DNA of 36,560 nucleotides from a virus (Duplodnaviria; Heunggongvirae; Uroviricota; Caudoviricetes): IMG/VR virus record IMGVR_UViG_2724679539_000003, positions 1 to 36,560 of that record; one strand, 5' to 3'. Shown piece by piece: positions 29,932 to 36,560 of this stretch (position 1 is its first letter; each line of letters starts with the position of its first letter). The notes under the pieces were generated by a model. It saw only the letters and a program-made list of their open reading frames with translations, ran no database searches and was not told where the DNA came from. The position numbers and the translations under genes were made by a program.

Positions 29932-30208
29932 CCGCAACAGCCATTTTGATATCTTCCTGGGTTCTCTGTGACTCCAGTGCGATCTGCTGTTTTGCATGCT
30001 GGTTAGCCTCCAGTACTGTATTGACGATTTGCAGTGATTGCAGGACGTTATTGGTAATGGCAGTTGCCGATTTGGCATTTTGTACAGCCTCATCAGCACG
30101 TTTCTTTTCGTGCTGATATTTGCTGTAGTAGTGATTCGCTGACCAGATGAAAGAGCCAATAACAGTAAAGAAGAAAGCAGAGATAGTCAGCTTATAACTC
30201 AACTTCAT
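29816..30208 (-). CDS. Rz-like inner-membrane spanin
   Basis: 130 aa with an N-terminal TM helix and coiled-coil-like periplasmic part; follows the endolysin. Confidence 0.8.
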   Translation of the reverse strand: MKLSYKLTISAFFFTVIGSFIWSANHYYSKYQHEKKRADEAVQNAKSATAITNNVLQSLQIVNTVLEANQHAKQQIALESQRTQEDIKMAVADDDCASRAVPAAAADRLRKYADSLRERSGGTTATQPDF

Positions 30209-30668
30209 TTACCACCCCACCAGCCTCTTTAAATCGGGCAATCAGGTCACCGATTTTATGTTCATACTGACCGTAACCTGCACCGGGTAATGAAGCCCAT
30301 ATATTGCTGCAACGGTCGATTGCCTGACGAATATCGCCGCTATCAATCATAGGTAAAGCGCCACGCTCTTTAATCTGCTGCAATGCCACTGCGTCCTGGC
30401 TTTTGGGGGAGAAGTCTTTCAAACCAAGCTGTTTACGGTAAGCATCCCACCAACGGGAAAGAAGCTGGTAACGTCCGGCGGCTGTTGATTTGAGTTTGGA
30501 GTTTAGCTTGACAAGTTTGCGAGGGTGATCGGAGTAATCAGTGAAGAGTTCTCCACCGACAATAACGTCATAACCGTGGTTACGTGTCGGTTGTCGCCCG
30601 TTATCCGTTCCCTCTGACCATGCCACCATATCCAGGAAAGCTTTACGCTGGGAATTTAGTACCTGCAT
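30192..30668 (-). CDS. Endolysin, lambda R-type lytic transglycosylase
   Basis: 158 aa, near-colinear with lambda R as I remember it (NSQRKAFLDMVAWSEGTDNGRQ...RYQLLSRWWDAYRKQLGLKDFSP). Confidence 0.92.
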   Translation of the reverse strand: MQVLNSQRKAFLDMVAWSEGTDNGRQPTRNHGYDVIVGGELFTDYSDHPRKLVKLNSKLKSTAAGRYQLLSRWWDAYRKQLGLKDFSPKSQDAVALQQIKERGALPMIDSGDIRQAIDRCSNIWASLPGAGYGQYEHKIGDLIARFKEAGGVVNEVEL

Positions 30669-30671
30669 AAA

Positions 30672-30998
30672 TTACTCCTTAGAGCCACCAAACTTATTAC
30701 CGATTACTCTCATTGCAGCCCCACGAATAGCATCGACCCCGATCAGCCCAACGCCGCCACCAATGGCAACAGAAAGAGATTTAGGCCATCCGACATACTC
30801 AAGAGCGGATGCAAAAGTCAGCGTCAGAGCACCACAGAGCAAAATCTCGAGCGTTTTTCGTTTCCAGCCACCACCACCGCCAAAATAGGCAATGCGCAAG
30901 CCAGCCATAACGATCGACATAATCACTGCGCCCAGCGGTGTGTCTCCACGCCACCAGCTCTGGAACAACTCCAGCCAGGTATTTGGGTTATGAGGCAT
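30672..30998 (-). CDS. Holin (3 predicted TM segments)
   Basis: 108-aa hydrophobic ORF immediately upstream of the endolysin; first gene after the terminator-like hairpin. Confidence 0.75.
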   Translation of the reverse strand: MPHNPNTWLELFQSWWRGDTPLGAVIMSIVMAGLRIAYFGGGGGWKRKTLEILLCGALTLTFASALEYVGWPKSLSVAIGGGVGLIGVDAIRGAAMRVIGNKFGGSKE

Positions 30999-31150
30999 TT
31001 GTAGTTATCTCTCACCTCGCTGATACAGCAGGTGCAAATTGAGGGAACATCATGTACAGCAAATTAGAAGCGGAAACGTCAAAGAAGCCGAACCAATGGA
31101 TAACTGCGGAATAGACCAGGACCAACGAATCCCCAGCCCCAGAAACGACA

Positions 31151-31172
31151 AAACCCGCTCGACGGCGGGTTT
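31151..31172 (-). terminator. Intrinsic terminator-like hairpin upstream of the holin (tR-prime analogue, candidate Q antitermination target)
   Basis: 8-bp stem AAACCCGC/GCGGGTTT with a 6-nt loop; on the minus strand it is followed by UUUUGUCGUUUCU; lies in the 285-bp gap between the holin and cassette B. Confidence 0.4.
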
Positions 31173-31283
31173 AAGCTGTGTGGCGAAGTAACCACTCTTA
31201 ACACGATACAATAATTTTTGCGTACGCGTTAGCGTTTTTGTAAGATTAACAAATAAATCGAAAAATCATAATCGGATGATTTC

Positions 31284-32306
31284 ATGGCAAAATTAAATGC
31301 TAGCGAAAGACTCGTTACTCATCATAGTCTGACCATTGACACAAAGTTTAGAACCAAGGCAACACAAGAGGTAAAAGCCCAGTGTATATGTCCTGTTCCG
31401 GAAATGTACATGCTTGCCCCATTGATTGTTAAACAAAAGGGACTCGTTCATTCATATGATTCTGGGAATATTGTAGTTACTCTCCAAGATGTACAACTTT
31501 ATCCTTTACTTCCAGATAACTCACCCACGCATATTGTCCTTCTTATTAATAGTGTTGATAAAAATGGAAGTACTACCGTTGTAAAAAATATAAATACTAA
31601 TGAACGCGTTGAAATCCAACCAAAATATGAACAAGGTGAAGGCTATGAAGTTTCTACCTATGTTGTCATATCATTAAATGGAAATAAAAGAACCTATGAT
31701 ATGATTTGTACATCTACCCCAGGTGTATCTACGGCCCGGTTAAATAGTTTTTTAGACAAAATTCTCTTTGAAGTGGCGAAAGACAATGAAGACTTATTTA
31801 CCGCAAAACATCCAACTAACGTTATTTCTGCAACATCAAAAAAAGAAGTAAAAATACGATACAAACCAATATTTGAATTTACAGGAATGTTAGACAAGGA
31901 GCTTTTTAATAAAATAAGCCAAAAAGGATTATCAGATGTCATATTAGTCAAGGATCAATTCGGAACAATTAATGCTCCTGATGTTAATTCACCTTACATT
32001 CCGACTGAAAGTACATTAAAATTACTTCCAAATCATGGTGACAATGTTATTGGATGGATTAAAAATGTAGCATCTCATTTCAATAAAAAAATGAATGGTG
32101 GTTATGATAAATTAAAGGTTAAATTCCAAGATCCTGAAACAAATAAACCAAGGCAGGTTGATTTCAAAACCTCAAACATCAATCTTAATAATTTAGAAAA
32201 AACATTTATTAAGAAAAGCATTATCGATAACTTTAATTCGCGCCTGAAGGATTCATATGTTAAAATTGAACTAGAGTTTGTTGTGAAAATGATAGATTTG
32301 ATGTGA
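31284..32306 (+). CDS. Hypothetical 340-aa soluble protein (cassette B gene 1)
   Basis: AT-rich ORF on the opposite strand to all phage genes; Lys/Asn-rich; no recognised motif; translationally coupled to gene 2 (7-nt gap). Confidence 0.65.
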   Translation: MAKLNASERLVTHHSLTIDTKFRTKATQEVKAQCICPVPEMYMLAPLIVKQKGLVHSYDSGNIVVTLQDVQLYPLLPDNSPTHIVLLINSVDKNGSTTVVKNINTNERVEIQPKYEQGEGYEVSTYVVISLNGNKRTYDMICTSTPGVSTARLNSFLDKILFEVAKDNEDLFTAKHPTNVISATSKKEVKIRYKPIFEFTGMLDKELFNKISQKGLSDVILVKDQFGTINAPDVNSPYIPTESTLKLLPNHGDNVIGWIKNVASHFNKKMNGGYDKLKVKFQDPETNKPRQVDFKTSNINLNNLEKTFIKKSIIDNFNSRLKDSYVKIELEFVVKMIDLM

Positions 32307-32313
32307 GGTTATT

Positions 32314-32898
32314 ATGCCAATACTTTCAGTTTTCTCTCATCTAGGCAAGCCGTTTGGATATCTTTTTATTAAAGGTATTAGCGGCAAAGCTGCATATGAT
32401 TGGGTAGCACCAATTCTACTTACTTCTATCACAGCAGTACTTTTCATTCTATTAAAAATCCCTGTCAAAGATTTATTTGATGACAATGGTTTCATTAAAT
32501 CAATCGTTTCATTTATCTCTAACCTACCAGGGTTTTATATTGCCGCTCTGGCCGCCATAGCAACTTTCAATAGAGCTGAGATTGATTTACCATTGATTAG
32601 CAATGAAAGAAATGCCTCTATTGAAATAAAAGTAACAAAAGAAAATGGAAAAGTAGTAAATTCAGAGGAGGTTCTGACCAGACGATTATTTCTTTGCATG
32701 CTATTCTCTTTTTTAACAGCATTAAGCATTGTTATAATAATACTTAATGCTATATTTTCACCATTAATCAATGTCTATCAAAACAGTATTGTTTTAATGG
32801 TTTATACTGTTGTATTTACTTTCCTAGTTTGGCAACTCTTAGTATCAACTTTCTTTGGATTATATTATCTCGGAAACAGAATTCATATGAATTATTAA
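32314..32898 (+). CDS. Hypothetical 194-aa integral membrane protein, about 4 TM helices (cassette B gene 2)
   Basis: TGAGG RBS 6 nt upstream; four hydrophobic stretches (APILLTSITAVLFILL, FYIAALAAIATF, LFLCMLFSFLTALSIVIIILNAIF, VLMVYTVVFTFLVWQLLVSTFFGLYYL). Confidence 0.65.
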   Translation: MPILSVFSHLGKPFGYLFIKGISGKAAYDWVAPILLTSITAVLFILLKIPVKDLFDDNGFIKSIVSFISNLPGFYIAALAAIATFNRAEIDLPLISNERNASIEIKVTKENGKVVNSEEVLTRRLFLCMLFSFLTALSIVIIILNAIFSPLINVYQNSIVLMVYTVVFTFLVWQLLVSTFFGLYYLGNRIHMNY

Positions 32899-32919
32899 GC
32901 CCTACAGGGGCTTAATAAT
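32891..32919. terminator. 12-bp perfect palindrome spanning the convergent stop codons of cassette B gene 2 and the Q-like gene (candidate bidirectional terminator)
   Basis: ATTATTAAGCCC-tacag-GGGCTTAATAAT; plus-strand TAA at 32896-32898 and minus-strand TAG at 32904-32902 both lie in the stem-loop. Confidence 0.5.
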
Positions 32920-33252
32920 CAACAAAATACCTTCAATCACTCCTATTGCTGCTTGAAGTTGTTTTCTGATTGACCCGTCAGAGCATTTCCGTTTCTTTGC
33001 TATTGAACGGAGTGAAATACCGATAACAAAGTGAGCAATGATCAGTTCATATTCTTCTGGCTTATATTTCCGCAATCGCGCAACACAGCTGTCAATCATG
33101 ATTCCTTCATCATCATCGCATTGTTGGCGTGTTTTCTTTCCATGAGGTAGTAAACCTTTAAACCCTGCAGCAACAGGCTGCCAGTCCACACCACTGTTAT
33201 CTGCTGCAGCCCATGCTCCCCAGCGGTCCAATACTTCATACATATCACGCAT
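32902..33252 (-). CDS. Late-gene antiterminator Q-like protein (phage antitermination Q family)
   Basis: ORF 32902-33267 (TTG); likely start ATG at 33252 (MRDMYEVLDRWGAWAA..AAGFKGLLP..CDDD), matching the remembered Q family pattern; last gene of the early-right operon. Confidence 0.7.
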   Translation of the reverse strand: MRDMYEVLDRWGAWAAADNSGVDWQPVAAGFKGLLPHGKKTRQQCDDDEGIMIDSCVARLRKYKPEEYELIIAHFVIGISLRSIAKKRKCSDGSIRKQLQAAIGVIEGILLIIKPL

Positions 33253-33269
33253 CAACCTTCTCCACAAAA

Positions 33270-34259
33270 TCAGGCCAGCACGCCAATTGCCAGCGCACGA
33301 TCGATAAAACGAAATATCAGCTCCAGCTGGGAGCCATACTTCTCTTCAAATGCCACGGTATCCGCATGCAGCTCGTCGTGATGCTTTCTGCACAAAGGCA
33401 ACACAAAGAGATCATGCGCTTTTGTACCCATTCCACCCTGACCGTGGCCTATCAGGTGGTGGGGATCATCAGCGGGCTTTCCACAACATGCACACGGCTG
33501 TGTCTTAACCCAGCGCGTGTACTTTTCATTAACCCAGCGGCGACGTTTTGGGCGTAACATAAAAGACTCCGGCGACTCCGGATCCACTTTCAGCGCCAGC
33601 ACCTTTTTCGCCTTATCCTGGATGATGCTGGTGGCAGGAACCGAAGGCACAAGGTCACTTTCCCGGGAGACAGACGGCACAACAGGCTTCGGTAATCTCA
33701 GTGCCTTACGGGCTGCACTTTCCGGTAAGGCATCCGCCAGGTCATTACGAATCAGCCACCAGCACAGTTCCGGCATTGTCACAACGTGACTATCATCAAA
33801 ACCGAGATCCCGACGCACAACAGACAACACCCAGCGGGCACAGTTATCCGTTGCCATTGATTCCAGCCGTTCCGTGAACTGATCGCGCAGCTGGTTATCG
33901 CAGTGCCAGCACAGACGGATTGCGCCCGGAGCGTGTCGCATTGTGGTCATGTTCTCGCTGTGCCAGTCGGAATGAGGCCACTGACAGCCTTTTTCACGAA
34001 GTAACCAGCTTTCAAGACATTCCACGCCACCAGCACGACGGATCACTGCCTCATTGCGGAACACGGCCCGAACGGCAGGATCATCCGCCAGCGGTGCCGC
34101 CGGAACGGCACCGCTGGCGAAAGATGAATAACGTTCCGGCTCAGGCTCCAGCAGGACACGCCCCTGCATAAACAAGGGCATCAGCTCTGAACCTGGCCTG
34201 AACAATACGATCCCCATACGCGGGGCAATTTCAGGGGTCAGTAGTGCTCTCACGGTCAC
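33270..34259 (-). CDS. DUF968-like protein with C-terminal HNH-like Cys/His motif (YdfU-like)
   Basis: 329-aa ORF with C-terminal CACCGKPADDPHHL...HDELH; GTG start uncertain. Confidence 0.7.
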   Translation of the reverse strand: MTVRALLTPEIAPRMGIVLFRPGSELMPLFMQGRVLLEPEPERYSSFASGAVPAAPLADDPAVRAVFRNEAVIRRAGGVECLESWLLREKGCQWPHSDWHSENMTTMRHAPGAIRLCWHCDNQLRDQFTERLESMATDNCARWVLSVVRRDLGFDDSHVVTMPELCWWLIRNDLADALPESAARKALRLPKPVVPSVSRESDLVPSVPATSIIQDKAKKVLALKVDPESPESFMLRPKRRRWVNEKYTRWVKTQPCACCGKPADDPHHLIGHGQGGMGTKAHDLFVLPLCRKHHDELHADTVAFEEKYGSQLELIFRFIDRALAIGVLA

Positions 34260-34260
34260 C

Positions 34261-35070
34261 TCAATGAACGGTATCGAGCAGCTTTAACAGCTCTGGGAAT
34301 CGGGATTCGAAGAAATGCGGCTGCGTCTCGCGCGGATTTGCGGGACTGGTGATGTTCTTGCCGAACATGCAGCCTTTCGCTGTCAGCGACCAGAATTTTT
34401 TGATGTTGTTAATCGCGGTACGGCTGTATCGTTCGCGCTGCTCGACGATCCCCAGTTTCACCATCTGGTGATATGCCTGATTAGCTGTCAGGCGGATACC
34501 ATACTGCTTCAGCAGTGCACTCAGTGACAGCGTGGGGCGGCTTGAGCCATCAGGCGCGTCAGCAGGAGCATCAATGGCATAGCGCGGTGCCAGATTCGGT
34601 AAGCCAACAGCCTCCTGGAGTTTCTGACAGGCACCAAGCACTGAAGAGTTAGACAGGTTTAACTCCCGGCGCATAAAGTCCAGCAGGATCACGCCAGCCT
34701 GCATCTTGTCAGCAGCCTGTCCGGATAATTTTTCCGGTGCGCTGGTTACCATATCGAAAGTACGGATCACCTTCAGATGGAATGACGGGCTGATCCACAT
34801 TGCATAGGCATACACCAGTTCCTTGCAGACATACGTTCCCCGTTCATTTCCCCCATGAATCACACTCACCGGGTCAACACCCAAATTCTGGGTGTTGGTC
34901 AATTCATGAACAAGCTCAACAGTTTGTTGGCTGGAAAGAAACTTTCCCGGCTCCTTGGTTCTGGCATTTGCACCAGATGCTACTGCTGCGCGATGCAGAT
35001 CGTTCAGGCTGTAACGCCCATAAGCATCACGACGAACTTCAATACCATCAATGACCATCAGATTATTCAT
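34261..35070 (-). CDS. KilA-N domain protein
   Basis: 269 aa; N-terminal KilA-N-like region (IEVRRDAYGRYSLNDLHRAA); GAGGAG RBS. Confidence 0.7.
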   Translation of the reverse strand: MNNLMVIDGIEVRRDAYGRYSLNDLHRAAVASGANARTKEPGKFLSSQQTVELVHELTNTQNLGVDPVSVIHGGNERGTYVCKELVYAYAMWISPSFHLKVIRTFDMVTSAPEKLSGQAADKMQAGVILLDFMRRELNLSNSSVLGACQKLQEAVGLPNLAPRYAIDAPADAPDGSSRPTLSLSALLKQYGIRLTANQAYHQMVKLGIVEQRERYSRTAINNIKKFWSLTAKGCMFGKNITSPANPRETQPHFFESRFPELLKLLDTVH

Positions 35071-35089
35071 ACTTCGTTTCTCCTCTTAA

Positions 35090-35479
35090 TCAGGCGGCTG
35101 CACCCGCCGTTTTCTCGTACTTACTGATAGTGATTTCGACCTTCCCTTCCGGGATAACCGGTCCCCACTCCACTAGCATTCTTTTCACCTGACTGTCGTC
35201 TTCCCACACACCCGCGTGGGTCATGGCGTCAAACAGCGCCTTGTTATAGTTGTCCAGATCGCGGATCCGGTTATCCGGAGGAAACAACACGATCTCCACT
35301 GAAGCAGGTGCCGACGTTGGTTTCGGCAGACGACGTAACTGCTCAACTATTGCTGCGCACGCCGCGCTCTGGAATTTTCGCCCCGCCTCGCTTATCAGGC
35401 TCTTACCTGCAAACGCCCCTTTGTTGGGGTGTCGCCAGTACGTGTTCACGCTGGGCGGAAAAGGCAGAATCAGCTTCAT
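35090..35479 (-). CDS. rusA: RusA Holliday junction resolvase
   Basis: 129 aa; RusA-family pattern (ILPFPPSVNTYWRH...RIRDLDNYNKALFDAMTHAGVWEDDSQV); ATGA overlap with the upstream gene. Confidence 0.88.
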   Translation of the reverse strand: MKLILPFPPSVNTYWRHPNKGAFAGKSLISEAGRKFQSAACAAIVEQLRRLPKPTSAPASVEIVLFPPDNRIRDLDNYNKALFDAMTHAGVWEDDSQVKRMLVEWGPVIPEGKVEITISKYEKTAGAAA

Positions 35480-35802
35480 ACTTTCATGCCCCTCTTATGT
35501 AACCAGTGGGTTGCACGCAGCCTGGCGTTTTCCTCACCGGCAAGCAGTGCGCGGATAATCCCGACCGCCTCGCTGTCGTCGTCCTTGACCGCGGTATGAA
35601 GCGTTATCCCCCGGGCCACACCACGCTTTATCGTGATGACGCCTTTTTTCTCCAGTGCGCGAAGATGCTCCACCGCTGCATTCACCGAACGGTATCCCAG
35701 CATGGTTGCCACCTCCTGATTGGTTGGCGGGAAGCCACGTTCTTTCTGATAAGAAATCAGCATATCCAGCACCTGCTGCTGGCATTGAGTTAACGTCGTC
35801 AT
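35476..35802 (-). CDS. LexA N-terminal DNA-binding-domain-like protein (no peptidase domain)
   Basis: ORF 35476-35835; likely start ATG at 35802 (MTTLTQCQQQVLDMLISYQKERGFPPTNQEVATMLGYRSVNAAVEHLRALEKKGVI), closely resembling the LexA winged-helix domain; only about 108 aa. Confidence 0.65.
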   Translation of the reverse strand: MTTLTQCQQQVLDMLISYQKERGFPPTNQEVATMLGYRSVNAAVEHLRALEKKGVITIKRGVARGITLHTAVKDDDSEAVGIIRALLAGEENARLRATHWLHKRGMKV

Positions 35803-36290
35803 TACGCCCCCACGTAATTCCCTGACAGATACCACTCATCACTCGATACAGCGCGCTTGCTGCTTTTCCGTAAACACTGCTCACGACGCGCCAGAAAATT
35901 GTTTCGTTCTGGCTGGGAGTGGCTTTCACGGAATGCCGCCATCCACACCGTTGCAGCACGACGGTATAAGCCCCTTGACTCCAGTTCTTCAGCCTGGCGG
36001 GTCAGGCACAAAATCACCCGGGGATCGTTAGTGCCGACATAGAAATTGCGCACAGGTCTGGTTTCACGAACTGGTTGTGGTTCCGGCTCCTGCGCTCTCT
36101 CAGTCAGGCGCGGGAAATGTCTGCGTGTATCTCCTTCACAACGGTGAGCCACACGCCCACTCTGACGTAACTTGCTTGCTGACTGCAGAACGCGCTGCCG
36201 TGAGTAACCTGCAAAAGCATCCGCAATGTCTCCGGAAGTACACCCCGGATGGGCTTCAATGAATTTCTGAACTTCATTCAAAAGACTCAT
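35802..36290 (-). CDS. PerC/ANR-like putative transcriptional regulator
   Basis: ORF 35802-36296 (GTG); likely start ATG at 36290; C-terminal AEELESRGLYRRAATVWMAAF resembles the PerC/Pch motif; assignment tentative. Confidence 0.45.
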   Translation of the reverse strand: MSLLNEVQKFIEAHPGCTSGDIADAFAGYSRQRVLQSASKLRQSGRVAHRCEGDTRRHFPRLTERAQEPEPQPVRETRPVRNFYVGTNDPRVILCLTRQAEELESRGLYRRAATVWMAAFRESHSQPERNNFLARREQCLRKSSKRAVSSDEWYLSGNYVGA

Positions 36291-36292
36291 AA

Positions 36293-36560
36293 TCACCCCC
36301 TGAATCCTGCCGGGATCTGGCTGTAGTCCACGTTGTCGTAACTGGCTTTGAAGTACGGGTCTTCACGTTTTTCTGTGTGCGTGCTGACGGACGGCGATAA
36401 GCGCAGGGAAAGCTCATCCCATTTTTCCCGCAACTTCGACGGGCTGAGCACGTTACGGCACCAGAACGGATCGCGGCTGACGCGGCTGTACATCTCGCAG
36501 ATTTGTTTGTGAGTACGACCATCCTGCACACACATCAGGCGAATTTCGTTTGCCCAGGCT
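36293..36560 (-). CDS. Replication protein C-terminus with DnaT-like domain (5-prime partial, runs off the window)
   Basis: C-terminal ...DNVDYSQIPAGFRG resembles the DnaT C-terminus (...SQIPPGFRG); the reading frame is open to the window edge. Confidence 0.55.
   Translation of the reverse strand, partial: AWANEIRLMCVQDGRTHKQICEMYSRVSRDPFWCRNVLSPSKLREKWDELSLRLSPSVSTHTEKREDPYFKASYDNVDYSQIPAGFRG

Larger units (their letters stand above)
6941..36560. mobile_element. e14/SfV-like prophage (lambda-like early and lysis genes, HK97-like head, Mu-like tail), integrated at icd; continues beyond the right edge
   Basis: Contiguous minus-strand operons of phage genes from the DnaT-like gene to pin and mcrA, bounded on the left by the icd fragment. 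Confidence 0.85.

Noticed and set aside
29677-30116. Plus-strand ORFs inside the Rz/Rz1 region
   Set aside because: Antisense to the spanin genes; Arg/Gln-rich low-complexity translations.
31284-32898. Assigning cassette B to the Kiwa system (KwaA membrane protein + KwaB)
   Set aside because: Gene order is reversed relative to Kiwa and I cannot confirm any sequence motif from memory; left as an unassigned candidate.
33213-34171. Plus-strand ORFs overlapping the DUF968 and KilA-N genes
   Set aside because: Antisense to tightly packed, translationally coupled early-operon genes.
1-36560. CRISPR arrays, tRNA or rRNA genes
   Set aside because: No regularly spaced direct repeats and no tRNA-like sequence were seen; the prophage is integrated in the icd coding sequence rather than at a tRNA gene.

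Overview
This window appears to be an Enterobacteriaceae (E. coli-like) chromosomal segment with two parts. All family assignments are from reading the translations against remembered protein families; no database search was run. (1) Positions 1-6940 look like a decayed prophage or island remnant: a rusA pseudogene, a 1090-aa intimin/invasin-family inverse autotransporter adhesin, insertion-sequence debris, a PhzF-family gene and an N-terminally truncated lambda-type integrase next to a 3-prime fragment of icd. (2) Positions 6941-36560 are the larger part of an apparently intact e14/SfV-like prophage read right to left: early-right/nin genes (DnaT-like replication protein C-terminus, PerC-like regulator, LexA-DBD-like protein, RusA, KilA-N, DUF968, Q-like antiterminator), a lambda-like lysis cassette, HNH endonuclease and terminase, HK97-like head genes, a Mu-like contractile tail and baseplate, then a Pin-invertible tail-fiber segment, pin and mcrA at the icd-side end. 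The immunity region and integrase lie beyond the right edge. The most interesting signals are two AT-rich two-gene cassettes on the opposite strand to all phage genes: 31284-32898 (340-aa soluble protein plus 194-aa four-TM protein, between Q and the holin) and 28647-29652 (small acidic protein plus 208-aa protein, between the spanins and HNH/terminase). Both are candidate uncharacterised phage-defence or abortive-infection modules; neither could be assigned to a known family by eye. Single-nucleotide coordinates of hairpins and repeats not anchored to an ORF boundary are approximate (within about 2 nt).
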